DNA of 63,370 nucleotides, counting the filler, from Octopus bimaculoides (taxonomy: Eukaryota): assembly GCF_001194135.2 (NCBI RefSeq). It is 4 parts of 3 records of this genome, joined end to end, with 100 filler letters (N's around TTAATTAATTAA, not from the genome) between each part and the next. Parts side by side here need not be neighbours in the genome. Positions count along the whole stretch, not along the records: positions 1 to 21,290 come from NC_068985.1; positions 21,391 to 49,302 come from NC_068984.1; 2 more parts are not named here. One strand, 5' to 3'. Positions within the stretch are counted from its first letter, which is position 1, and each line of letters starts with the position of its first letter. Made by a program: the position numbers and the translations under genes. Of the stretch, positions 13,018 to 24,560 are shown piece after piece. The notes under the pieces were generated by a model, which saw only the letters and a program-made list of their open reading frames with translations, did no database searches and had not been told where the DNA came from.

Positions 13018-13176
13018 GACGGGCTTCTTTCAGTTTCCGTCTACCAAATCCAGTCATAAGGCTTTGGTCGGCCTGAGCCTATAGTAGAAGACGCTAGCCC
13101 AAGATGCCACGCAGTGGGACTGAACCCGGAACCATGTGGTTGGTAAGCAAGCTACTTACCACACAGCCACTCCTGC
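12682..13176 (-). mobile_element. SINE family B, complete composite (tRNA head, CORE-like, internal (TA)n(TG)n, 3' module)
   Basis: Minus strand: GCAGGAGTGGCTGTGTGG (A box), GGTTCAGTCCC (B box), CTTGGGCTAG (CORE-like), microsatellite with N gap, then ...CCAGCATGGCCGCAGTCAAATGACTGAAACAAG(TAAAAGAG)n. Probably related to octopus OR2-type CORE-SINEs (from memory). Confidence 0.9.
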
Positions 13177-13261
13177 ACCTATACGTTTAATATACATTTT
13201 TTCATTTACTAAGTAACGTAACGCAATGCACCCTAGTTTTTATTAATAGTAAGTTATTTAT

Positions 13262-13480
13262 GTGTGTGTGTGTGTGTGTGTGGTGTTTCTCTCCGCACAT
13301 CGCTTCCAACCGGTATTGGCTTGTTTTTGTTCCTGTAAATTAACGGATCGTCAATGGGAGACCGATAGAATAGTATCAGACTTTAAAAATGTGTACTGGG
13401 GCCGATTTTCTCGACTAAGATCCTTCCACATGATGTCCAGCATGGCTTCAGTCCAATGATGGAAACAAGTAAAAGAGAAA
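13262..13480 (+). mobile_element. SINE family B 3' module after (TG)n
   Basis: Ends CCAGCATGGCTTCAGTCCAATGATGGAAACAAGTAAAAGAG. Confidence 0.75.
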
Positions 13481-13756
13481 ACATATATATGTCTTCACTT
13501 CTTACATGTTTCAGCGAGTTATTGAGACCATGCTGGAGCATCATAATATGGTAATAACTCTGATAAATCTCAGTAGTAGTAACTATACGATTTGATTCAA
13601 TGCCATACTATATGAAAGGACACCTGATATAGAATTGTCAACGCGTCACAAGACCTACAACAAATGGATCTGTTAGGAAATATTTAGCTGACAAACTCAG
13701 TTTACACTATTAGGCTTGATAACATACTTAATTTAAAGCTTATCATTTATCTACAG

Positions 13757-14126
13757 GCATTTGAATGTGGCCATGCTGGTGCACACACTTGAAGGTGTTA
13801 ATCAATTAAATCAAGCCCAGAACATTTTGTAAGTCTGATACTTATTCTATCAGTCTCATTACTCGAAGTGCTAAGTTACGAGGACATGAACAAACTGAAG
13901 CCAGTTGTCAAGCGGTCGCGGCCAGACATAAGCACAAAGACACACGTATATACATACATATGTGTATATACAACAAGCCTCTATAAGTTTCTGTCTACTA
14001 AACCAACTCACAAGGCTTTGGTTGGCCCGGGATTATAGAAGATACTTTCTTAAGCTATCATACAGTAGGACTGAACCCGAAAACATGAAGTAGGGAAGTA
14101 AAATTCTTACCACACAGGCATGCCTG
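13757..14126 (-). mobile_element. SINE family B, diverged complete copy
   Basis: Head and tail modules colinear with 12682-13176. Confidence 0.8.
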
Positions 14127-17100
14127 TTTATTATTTGATTATCTTTTTACAAGAGCTAGATTTGAAAATACCGACTTACCGAATGTAAGCAATGGATTTC
14201 ATTTAAAGATTTCCATTGGAAGCTTTTGCATTTTACAAAGTGTAGAAAATATAACATACAAAAATCAATAAAGTCTCTTAAAGGGAATCTATATACCGAC
14301 ACACAGACACATCTACAGTTGAATATGGTCAGATTTTTTTTCTGTTGTGCGAATGAAGAATAAGAGCTAATTGAAATGTGTTTATGTGGCCAATGGCCTG
14401 CAAGCAGAAATAATTTTGGTATGGTTTACAATATATAAATGTCAAAATGACATAGATATTGATTTTAGATTTACATCTAATCATTTCTTCAGTGGTCTTC
14501 TTCAGAAAACCAATGTAATCTTGAACTAAAATGCTTTAAACCCAAGAAATATGGGCTATTTAGATTGCACACTCAAAGTATTTCTACTGTGTGAATTGAG
14601 TACAAATGAAATCACTAAATAGTTGAAATGTAAGTACCAAATAGTTCGTATATTTCTTTGACGAATTTAATAGCTACAGTGAATAAGAATTCACCTCAGA
14701 AGTTTTATACCTGCAAGCTACCGTAGTGTATGAAATGCGATAAGTTTAATCATTAATGGAAGACAAGTCTTACCACCAGCGATTACATATCGTATATATT
14801 CCGGAATATTTGTGCAAAACATAATAGAATGTCTTTGCAATACAATTTGAAAGAACATTCATTGAATATATTCGAACATTATGGAGATTAAAATAAATTG
14901 TTCTCAGAAATTATCCTTAAAGAAACAGCAGCTATTCCGAATATACGTATATAATTGAAAAATAATTCTCTGTGGCTCTTTATTGATCAATAAGTTGACC
15001 AATTCATTCTATAAGAATACTCGAGCTCTTGTAAGGGATTATTACATGAGAGTTTATTGACTGCAAAATTGTATTTTTAATTTGACAGTTTCGAACAAAA
15101 TCAATACTACAAGAGGATATATGTCGTATTTGCTGAAAATAATTTACAAAGGAGAAGAGAAATCACTTCGCCAAGTTGCTCCTATTCAATCTAAGACTGA
15201 ATGTTATCCGAGGGTTATAAAATCAGACAGACACTTAAATGAAACTAGTTTGACATTTAAGGTGATACAATATATACAATGAGTCTAAATGATTTATTAT
15301 TTAATGCTTCTTCCCTCTTAATGGCTTTCAACTAAAGTAAGAATTGCTAAGTTAGTTCGCTAGAAAACTTTCGTTACATTCAGATATTAATTTACTAACC
15401 AAAGTATAAGGTCAAACAATTTAGAAACATTTCAGCATGAAGAACTGGAAATGTACCTTTCTTTGAGAGTCCTAACATTTTCCTGATTTTAATTTCTCGT
15501 TTAAATAGTATTCATGTTTCAGAAGTCTGATAGAATGCTGGAGTATGTAAATTACTCATAGGCCAAAGGCGACCGGCACTACTTGCTGAATGATACGCCT
15601 ACGAAGAATTACCGTGAAACCTTTTAGTAGTGTGGCTCCTATGATGATGAGCCGTGTCTCATGCAACCTGCTTTTCAGAAAAGGTAGTCCATACCTGGTA
15701 TAAATGCTAAAATATTAACACATCTGACTTCGTTTCCTATACGTCTCGTATAAAGAAGCTTCCACGGATTATAATATCCCAAGTAAGGGGATATTTCTGG
15801 AGAAGTTGGTGTTTTAATTATTTAGGAATTAATAAATTTAAGCAGCATAGAATCATACCACTATTTAAATATAAAAACATATTTTCAAAGTCTGTCACAT
15901 TACGTAAAATAAGCTTACACTATGTTGCTTACTTACAATTGGGTAGACATCTAATTTGTGAAAAATGGCAACTCTTTCAGTTTGCAATGGTATTTTAGTT
16001 CGTTTTGTTGCCTACATAGGTTGAAAAGTAAAACTATCATGACATTCCGAGAGGATCCTTATATCGTCATATATAAGAGGAAGAACTGCTTGAATAAAAG
16101 GGATTTCATTCTAATATAACCCATCTATAATTTGAAAAATCCATAACTACATTTTAGATTATTTCCTGAGAATAATTATAAGGAAAGTACACAATTATAC
16201 CACTACAAGGAGGACTCACTGCATAACTAGACCATACAGGGTACTGCAAAAATCCCCCAGATTCACCATAGGTGATAAAAGTTTTGCCACCAAACGCATG
16301 ATGTGCAGCTGTCAAATGCATGACAATAACTAAATGAAAAAACATGTTAAAATGTTCGCTATTTGAAGACACCATTATCCAAGGCTAACCTTACTAGCGT
16401 CACAGAAATGGCCGTGTAAAATGTAGGAGAATTGTTTCGTCCCATCTTGTATGTACGAAAGTAAGGATTCTTATTGGACTGTTGTCTACGTCATGAATAT
16501 TAAACGTTTCTTAACATCTTGATATATGTTTCAGTGTCGAAAGTACTAAATCTGTATCACCGGACCATGCATACCTTTATCTAATTGATTTTCAGTAATT
16601 AGCAGATATGCTAGGGTACCGAACTAAATGCCTCTCACTTCAATTTCAAGTCTTAATAAAGTCAACTTTGCTACGTATTCTGTCAAGATCAAAAGCAAAA
16701 AGAGAATCAATATGATATCGGTGTTGATCAATCCGCTACACTACTCCTAGACAAAATATGACCATATTCTTCATTAAACAATGAACCTTTATATTTTGTT
16801 GGATGTGGAAATTTTCAGAAATGGTAAATCATCACACTGAATGTTAAATATATTATACTGCATGTACTGTTGTGTGGGGTGAGTAGCTCCGGACAACTTT
16901 ACTGTTGCCATGGAATGGTTCGAAACACCTACAGAGCTACTTAGTGCCTGGCGCGACGTCGACTCTTGCATTCAGGGGCTAAGTGAAGCAGCACTCTCAA
17001 CATGCCTATGTTTATTCTTAAAATGTATGTGTAAAGCGACCTTTTTCATCACACAGACATATCTACGCCGATATTATATATTTTCTGTAATTTACTCTGA

Positions 17101-17184
17101 ACGAGTGTAATATGCTGAGCACATGTGATGACATATATTGTGATATCATAAATATGTCTAGTGACTAGTGATGGGAATACTGCT

Positions 17185-17269
17185 CGACAACCACTGGTTT
17201 AGTTGAACAAATGGATCAAAGTAGTCTGTTTTTTTTTTAATATTTATACCTATCAAACTGTTGCTGAAC

Positions 17270-17311
<42 letters not shown>

Positions 17312-17458
17312 TGTTTACCAAATTCTCTCACAAAGCTCTGGTTGATTCGTGGTAATAGTAGGAGACCCTGTCCATGCCCCGAGATTAAGTCTCATTGAGC
17401 AGGGACCTGATCCAGGACCACATGATTGGGGAGCAAGCTTCTTAACCACACAGACACG
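17185..17458 (-). mobile_element. SINE family B, diverged copy with internal (CA)n
   Basis: Partial tail, (CA)n and head (GAACC..GGACCACATGATTGGGGAGCAAGCTTCTTAACCACACAG). Confidence 0.7.
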
Positions 17459-17882
17459 CACGAGCTAGCTATAGAATTAGGCTTTTTCTGACATTCATAA
17501 TACCCACATAACTTCTCAAAATAAAGACACAATTACATTCCTCATTGGAGAATTATGTGGAGCGAACAAATACTTTTGTTTCCGAGAAAAGATTTGTTCG
17601 TAACATTCCTAATATATATTAAATAAAAGGAAAATCATGCAGACTGCTTTGAATTTCATACAATCAATAAAATACACTTTTATCTACGTATAAATTGAAC
17701 ATTGTAAATAGTTTTTATACAGATAATTTACTTACACAAACAATGTTAAAGATGTACGACTTTTTTTTCTCCTTGATCCACGCTATTACACAGTTTAACA
17801 AACACATACATAATCACGTAATCACAGAGTATTTTGAATACGTTGCAGAGGGAATATAGTATTATATAAATATGTTACTTCA

Positions 17883-18087
17883 GGCGGTGAACTGGCAGAA
17901 TCGTTAGCACGCTGGATGAAATACTTGACGGTATTTCGCCCGTCGCTCCGATCTAAGTACAAATTCCGCCGAGGTCGACTTTGCCTTTCATCCTTACGGA
18001 GGTCGATAAAATAAGTTTACACTGGGGTCGATGTAATCGATTCATCTCTTCCCACAAAATGACTGCACTTGTAGCAAAATTTGAACC
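17883..18087 (+). mobile_element. SINE family A (alternative tail AAAATTTGAACC)
   Basis: GGCGGTGAACTGGCAGAATCGTTAGCACG...GCCGAGGTCGACTTTGCCTTTCATCC...CTGGGGTCGATGTAATCGA; CpGs intact. Confidence 0.9.
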
Positions 18088-18369
18088 ATTATATGAATAC
18101 GTGATTACGTATGTATTTGTCAAACTGTGTAATAGCGTGGATCAAGTAGAAAAAAAAAATCATACGTCTTTAACATTGTTTGTGTAAGTAAATTATCTGT
18201 ATAAAAACTATTTACAATGTTCAATTTATACGTAGAAAGAAGTGTATTTTATTGATTGTATGAAATTCAAAGTAGTCTGCATGATTTTCTTTTTATTTAA
18301 TATATATTAGGAATGTTACGAACAAACATTAGTTATATCTTTATTTATCTTTTATATTTTACTTGTTTA

Positions 18370-18523
18370 GTTATAGGGCTGCTGTAGCATTGTCTTGAAG
18401 GGATTAGAGTCGGACAAATCTACCGAAGTATTTATTTAATCGGCGTGCTTTGCCGAGCTCATTAGTTACGTGGACATAACAAACAAATAACGGTCGCCAA
18501 AAGACGGTGGGGACAAACACACG

Positions 18524-18610
<87 letters not shown>
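18370..18610 (-). mobile_element. SINE family B 3' module plus (CA)n
   Basis: Diverged tail ending GGTGGGGACAAACAC, then a long (CA)n. Confidence 0.65.
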
Positions 18611-18617
<7 letters not shown>

Positions 18618-20173
18618 TACATGTATAGTAGAATTAGAAACTGAAGGTCCTTGGTACAGTATCATATATTTGAAAAAATAAATAGGAATGACTTTTCTGA
18701 TAAGTCTTCCACTTTAATAATCAAATGTTTATAAATAATTAGGTGCTTGTAAATCGTTTGTAAAGTGATCAGAAGAGCCATTCTTTTCTAATTTGTCCAA
18801 ATGTGCACGTATAAACGCACACACTCACAAACACACATACATACAATTGAATATACGACGGGAATACAATTTTCGTATGCCGAATTCACTCATAAATTAT
18901 TGGTTGAAAACAGATATAGTAAAAGACACTTGCTCAAGGTACTGCGAAGCGGAACTCTACACGAAACCGTGTAGTTGGAAAAAGAGATTCTAAACCACAC
19001 AGTCATGGCTGCGCTTATGTTTACATTTTTTATTTGTATGTGTATATATATCATCGACTTATTCTCCTTGTTTTTTTTTCTTCTTCGATATTACTGTTTT
19101 CAAATAGTTTATAGCACAGGAAAATCTGTTTGCGGTATTATACAAATAAACGAATAAAAACGCATAATAGCATACTGGACATTACGGTATTATTCAGGAA
19201 TCAGTCAATATTCCGAATGCAGTTTTAGAGAATGAAGCAAGATCGTAGTGCGTCGAGACCACAAATAGCGTTTCCACTGTAACAATGACTATTATATAAG
19301 AGATAATCTCATTTCATTTTCTTCGGTAACATTACTGATGCTCTGAGAAAGCGAACATATATCATATCACCACATTTACACTGTCTCACTGAAATATATT
19401 GGCTTGCAGAAGGGTAGAGATAAATTGATGTCCAAAAGTCAATACTTATTTAGAAAGAGTTACTTTAAACACTACGACATAGCTCACTGTAAACAGTTCA
19501 CGTATAAGCTACAAACATAAATCAACAAACGTAAAGACTTAGTCTTCTATACATACAAACACATATACATTCATACATACATATGCACGCGCACACACAC
19601 ACACACAAACACACACACACAAACACGCACACACATATATGTGCATACGTATTAACACATTTATGTATACAGATATATACACATATGTATGTTTTATATA
19701 TATACACACACATATATACATATACACATGCATATATATTCTGCACATATACAATACATGCATATACATGTGCATATGAAAATATTTATTTATATATATA
19801 TATATNNNNNNNNNNNNNNNNNNNNNNNNNNNNNNNNNNNNNNNNNNNNNNNNNNNNNNNNNNNNNNNNNNNNNNNNNNNNNNNNNNNNNNNNNNNNNNN
19901 NNNNNNNNNNNNNNNNNNNNNNNNNNNNNNNNNNNNNNNNNNNNNNNNNNNNNNNNNNNNNNNNNNNNNNNNNNNNNNNNNNNNNNNNNNNNNNNNNNNN
20001 NNNNNNNNNNNNNNNNNNNNNNNNNNNNNNNNNNNNNNNNNNNNNNNNNNNNNNNNNNNNNNNNNNNNNNNNNNNNNNNNNNNNNNNNNNNNNNNATACA
20101 CAAATATTTAAATTCACATATTTATTACAGATACATATACACACACATATCTATATACAAATATATACATATG

Positions 20174-20226
<53 letters not shown>

Positions 20227-20254
20227 CATGTATATGTATAAGTACACGCAAGCA

Positions 20255-20286
<32 letters not shown>

Positions 20287-20728
20287 TGTACATACATATA
20301 TTCAGGATGACCATATGTATATATATGTGATATACGATGCTGGTATGTATCTCATTCTCTATATGAACCAATTTAAACCGATTTCGTAATTTCATATAAT
20401 ACCCTATCATCTCATCAGAAGTGAATTTCATTACAAGATACTTTATAGTTTAATGAGACGAGAGATATGGATCCGATTCTGTTTCTGTGTAAGTCGTCAG
20501 TGATTTGGTTAATTATTAATGACAGGATTACGAAGACGATTTCATCAATCTAAAATTAATCAAAATTCTCTTTTCCTCCCCTTCTTTATTAAAAGTGATG
20601 CATTATCTCCAGGCAAAATTTCGTCTAATATTAAGATTAAAAAATATAAATATAATATACCTTTTGGATATTTCAACAAATCTAATTAATTTCTCCTTCA
20701 GCATTCGGTAACGATAATTAAATACAAA

Positions 20729-20795
<67 letters not shown>

Positions 20796-21290
20796 GTGCA
20801 AACATACTGTTAGACATACATGCATATATATATATATGTGTATGTCAGCGTATGCGTGTGTATTAATTTTTGTTTTTATGCCGAGTTGTAATAAAAGCGA
20901 TTTTACATTAAACTGAAGGATTAGTCAATGCCATTTGGAAAGTATACATTTATTATACTTTTATAAGACAGTGACATCGAAGAATCGTCCTGCAAGCCTT
21001 CATGGACTGACTGTAAATGCATGTGTGTGTATATATGCATACATACATACATACATACACAGACACAGACCGACAGACAGAAACACACACACGCACACAT
21101 ACATAAGCACGTATATATGTCTCTATATATATTTATACATTGATATACATATATATATATAAATATATATATATATGTATATATATACACATTTATAGAT
21201 ACTTTATACGTACTTACATACATGTACAAACATATATATACATATATATCATATATATACATATATGTGTGTGTGTGTGTGTGTGTGTAT

Positions 21291-21390
21291 NNNNNNNNNN
21301 NNNNNNNNNNNNNNNNNNNNNNNNNNNNNNNNNNTTAATTAATTAANNNNNNNNNNNNNNNNNNNNNNNNNNNNNNNNNNNNNNNNNNNN
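21291..21390. other. artificial scaffold spacer N44-TTAATTAATTAA-N44
   Basis: Exactly 100 bp; the 12-mer has stops in all six frames and recurs at 49347 and 60672 in the same N context. Confidence 0.85.
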
Positions 21391-21593
21391 ATATATGTAT
21401 GTATGTATATATATATATACATATATATATGTATGTATGTATATATATATATACATATATATATGTATGTATATATGTATGTATATATATATATACATAT
21501 ATATATATGTATGTATGTATATATATATATACATATATATATGTATGTATATATGTATGTATGTATATATATGTATGTATATATGTATGTATG

Positions 21594-21624
<31 letters not shown>

Positions 21625-22157
21625 GTATGTATGTATGTGTACTTGCATACTCATATATATAGCTTGGTTGAACTGAAATGGAGGTTTTCATTTTATCTTT
21701 TGTAGGTAAATGATTTTTTGAATTTAATGGTTTGAAGTGAAACAGCTCTGGTTTCTCCCAGTATTGGTTTTACTACCCCCAGTAGTAGAAGCAGTAACTA
21801 TAAGTACTACATTCTACTACTGTTATTGTTGTTATTGGGGTGGCTTGGTCTTTTTGCAGTTACCTCCTTCGAAAATTAAGTGTAAAAATTTTAAAACATG
21901 AGAGAGAGAGAGAGAGAGAGAGAGAAAGAATTGAATGCCAAGAGAGGGTGGGAGGATGTGGCTGGGGTGTGATAAGAAATGAAAAACAAAAGTATATATT
22001 TGATATGTACATAATATGTACATACATACAGTCATATATTGTATATGTGCGTACATACATTCTTTCTCTTTTCCACCAGAGAAGCAGAATGAATTCAACA
22101 TTGCAAACTTACTCAGAGAATTCCATTTTCTTTACTCTCTTTCTCTCTATCTTCTCT

Positions 22158-22199
<42 letters not shown>

Positions 22200-22739
22200 T
22201 TTTCTATCATTCTATCCATCTTTGTCTGTCTATCTATATTTCCATCATTATCTATTCTCTGCATTTAGGATAAACAGTTTTGATGGTAAACTTCTAATTC
22301 ACTCTTCTTTTTTTTTTTTTTAACTATTTTCTATTATTTTTTTTTTAATACCTTAAAATCTACTTTTTATAAGAAAGAAAAAACAAAGAAAAAAGACAAA
22401 AACCTTGCTACTTTTGCTTCAGCTGCCATTTCAACTTATTTCTACTACCTTACTCCCACATCACCACTACTCCCATGCTTCTATTTAGACCTGTTCTCTC
22501 TCTTTCTCTCTCTCCTTTTTTTTAACCCTAACCCCTTTAAATTTGTTTTACATACAAAATACTACTTCAAGAAACATTGTGTAATATCATGACCTGGCAC
22601 AGGTAGGTGTCCATCTTTTTTGGAAGAAAAAAAAACCATTAACCTTTCCACTCCCCACCACACCCTACATGGTATTTTTTCTTCTGCTATTTATTATTAT
22701 GATTATTATTATTATTATTATTAGTATTAGTATTATTAT

Positions 22740-24560
22740 GGCAGCAAGCTGGCAGAATTGTTAAGAGCTTTGGACAAAAAATGCCTCGCAGTACTTCTTC
22801 CGACTCATTACGTTCTGAATTCATATGCTGCCATGGTCAACTTTGCCTTTCTGGGTTGATAAAATAAGTACCAGTTAAGCAACTAGGGTTGATGTAATCA
22901 ACTAGCTCCATTTCCCCCAAATTTCCAGCATTGTGCCTATATTAGAAAGGATCATCCTCGTTATTTTTATTATTAAGGCTGTGTGCTGGCAAAATTGTTA
23001 TCGTACCAAGCAAAATGCTTATCAGCATTTTGTCTTTATGTTCTGAGTTCAAATTCTGTCAAGGTCAACTTTGCCTTTCATCCTTTCATGGTTGATGAAA
23101 TAAGTACCAGTTGAGTACTGGGGGCAATATAATCGATTAGCCCTCTCCCCTATAATTTCAGGCCTTGTGCCTATAGTACAAAGGATTAATATTATTATTA
23201 TTAAGGTAGTGAGCTGGCTGAATTGTTATCATGCCAGGTAAAAATCATTAGCAGGATTTCGTCCATTTTTATGTTTTGAATTCAAATTCCATTGAGGTTG
23301 ACTATGCTGTTCATCCTTCCAGGATCAATGTAATAAGTACCAGTTACATACTGGAGTCGATATACTCCACTAGCCCCCCACCTCCCACCCCAAAATTTCA
23401 GGTGTTGTGCTTTTTGTAGAAAGGATTATTATTATTTTTATGATAACAGTGACTGAACTGGTTGAGCACATGTTTCACTGTATTTAGTTTCAACCCTTCA
23501 TCCCTTAGTAACAAAAAGAACAGAGTACCTACCAGTCCTGCTTTGCCCCTCTGCTAAAGTGTGTACATATTAGAAAATCATTGAACTGGCAAAACTGTTG
23601 AGTGTGTCTGACAACATACCTTGCAGTATTTGTTCTGGCTCTTTGTGTTCAAATTTTACCAAGATCAATACCTTTCATCTTTTAGGAGTTACTAAATAAA
23701 GTACCAGTCAAGTAATAGGGTCAGTGTAATCTGTTAATCCATTCACTTCCCAAATTCCAGGCTTTGTGACCAGATTAGAAACAGTTTTTATTATTACTAT
23801 AAAATGATGGTGGTGGATTGAATTCCTTGCAGTATACAGCTATGACTCTTCACATTCACAGCTCAAATCCTGCTGAGGCCAACTTTGCCTTTCGTCTTTT
23901 CAGGGATTGATCAATTACAGTGCCAATCACACACTGGATTGGTGGGGTTTGATTCAATCAACTATATACTCTTCCTTTACTATATCTGCCTTTATACCTC
24001 TAATGGTAATTATTATTATTATTATTATCAAGGCAGTGAATTGGCAGAATCGTTAGCACCATGGGCAAAATGTTTAACAGCATTTCGTCTGTCTTTACGT
24101 TCTGAGTTCAAATTCCGCTGAAGTCGACTTTGCCTTTCATCTTTTGGGGGTTGATAAATTAAGTACCAGTCAAGTACTAGGGTCGACGTGATTGACTATT
24201 CCCCTCCTCCCAAATTCCAGGCCTTGTGCCTATATTAGAAAGGGTTTTAAGATGGTGAGTTAGCAGAATTGTTATTGTGCCAGACAAACTGCTTAACAGC
24301 ATTTCTTCCAGCTCTTTACGCTCTGAGTTCAAATTCCACTGAAGCTGACTTTGTCTTTCATCCTTCCAGGATTGATGAAATAAGTACCACTTATGTACTA
24401 AGGGTCAATGTAATCGATGATCTTATTATTCAGAGCAGTAGCAGGCAGAATTGTTAGAGCATCGGATGAAATGCCTTGAGGTATTTTGTTACATTTCTTT
24501 GTTTTTGTTAGAGGTTGATAAAATAATGTGAAATACTGAAATTGATTGATATTAAGCAAC
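22740..24560 (+). mobile_element. head-to-tail array of about 8-9 SINE family A copies separated by short (ATT)n
   Basis: Copy starts near 22740, 22975, 23203, 23440 (degenerate), 23583, 23805, 24030, 24249 and 24433 (partial); most show GCAGAAT..TTAG, GTTCAAAT and AAGTACCAG blocks. Confidence 0.85.

Noticed and set aside
16190-16420. Faint QGDSL-like RT motif
   Set aside because: Needs frameshifts to see, and downstream motifs are unconvincing.
21685-21712. Polypyrimidine-AG|GTAAAT recursive-splice-like site on the plus strand
   Set aside because: A single motif expected by chance in T-rich DNA; host strand unknown.
22522-22536. TAACCCTAACCC telomere-like units (also near 53605)
   Set aside because: Only two units, within chance expectation.
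22740-24560. Repeat-spacer appearance resembling a CRISPR array
   Set aside because: Units are about 210 bp SINEs with A/B boxes in a eukaryotic context; no unique spacers or cas genes.
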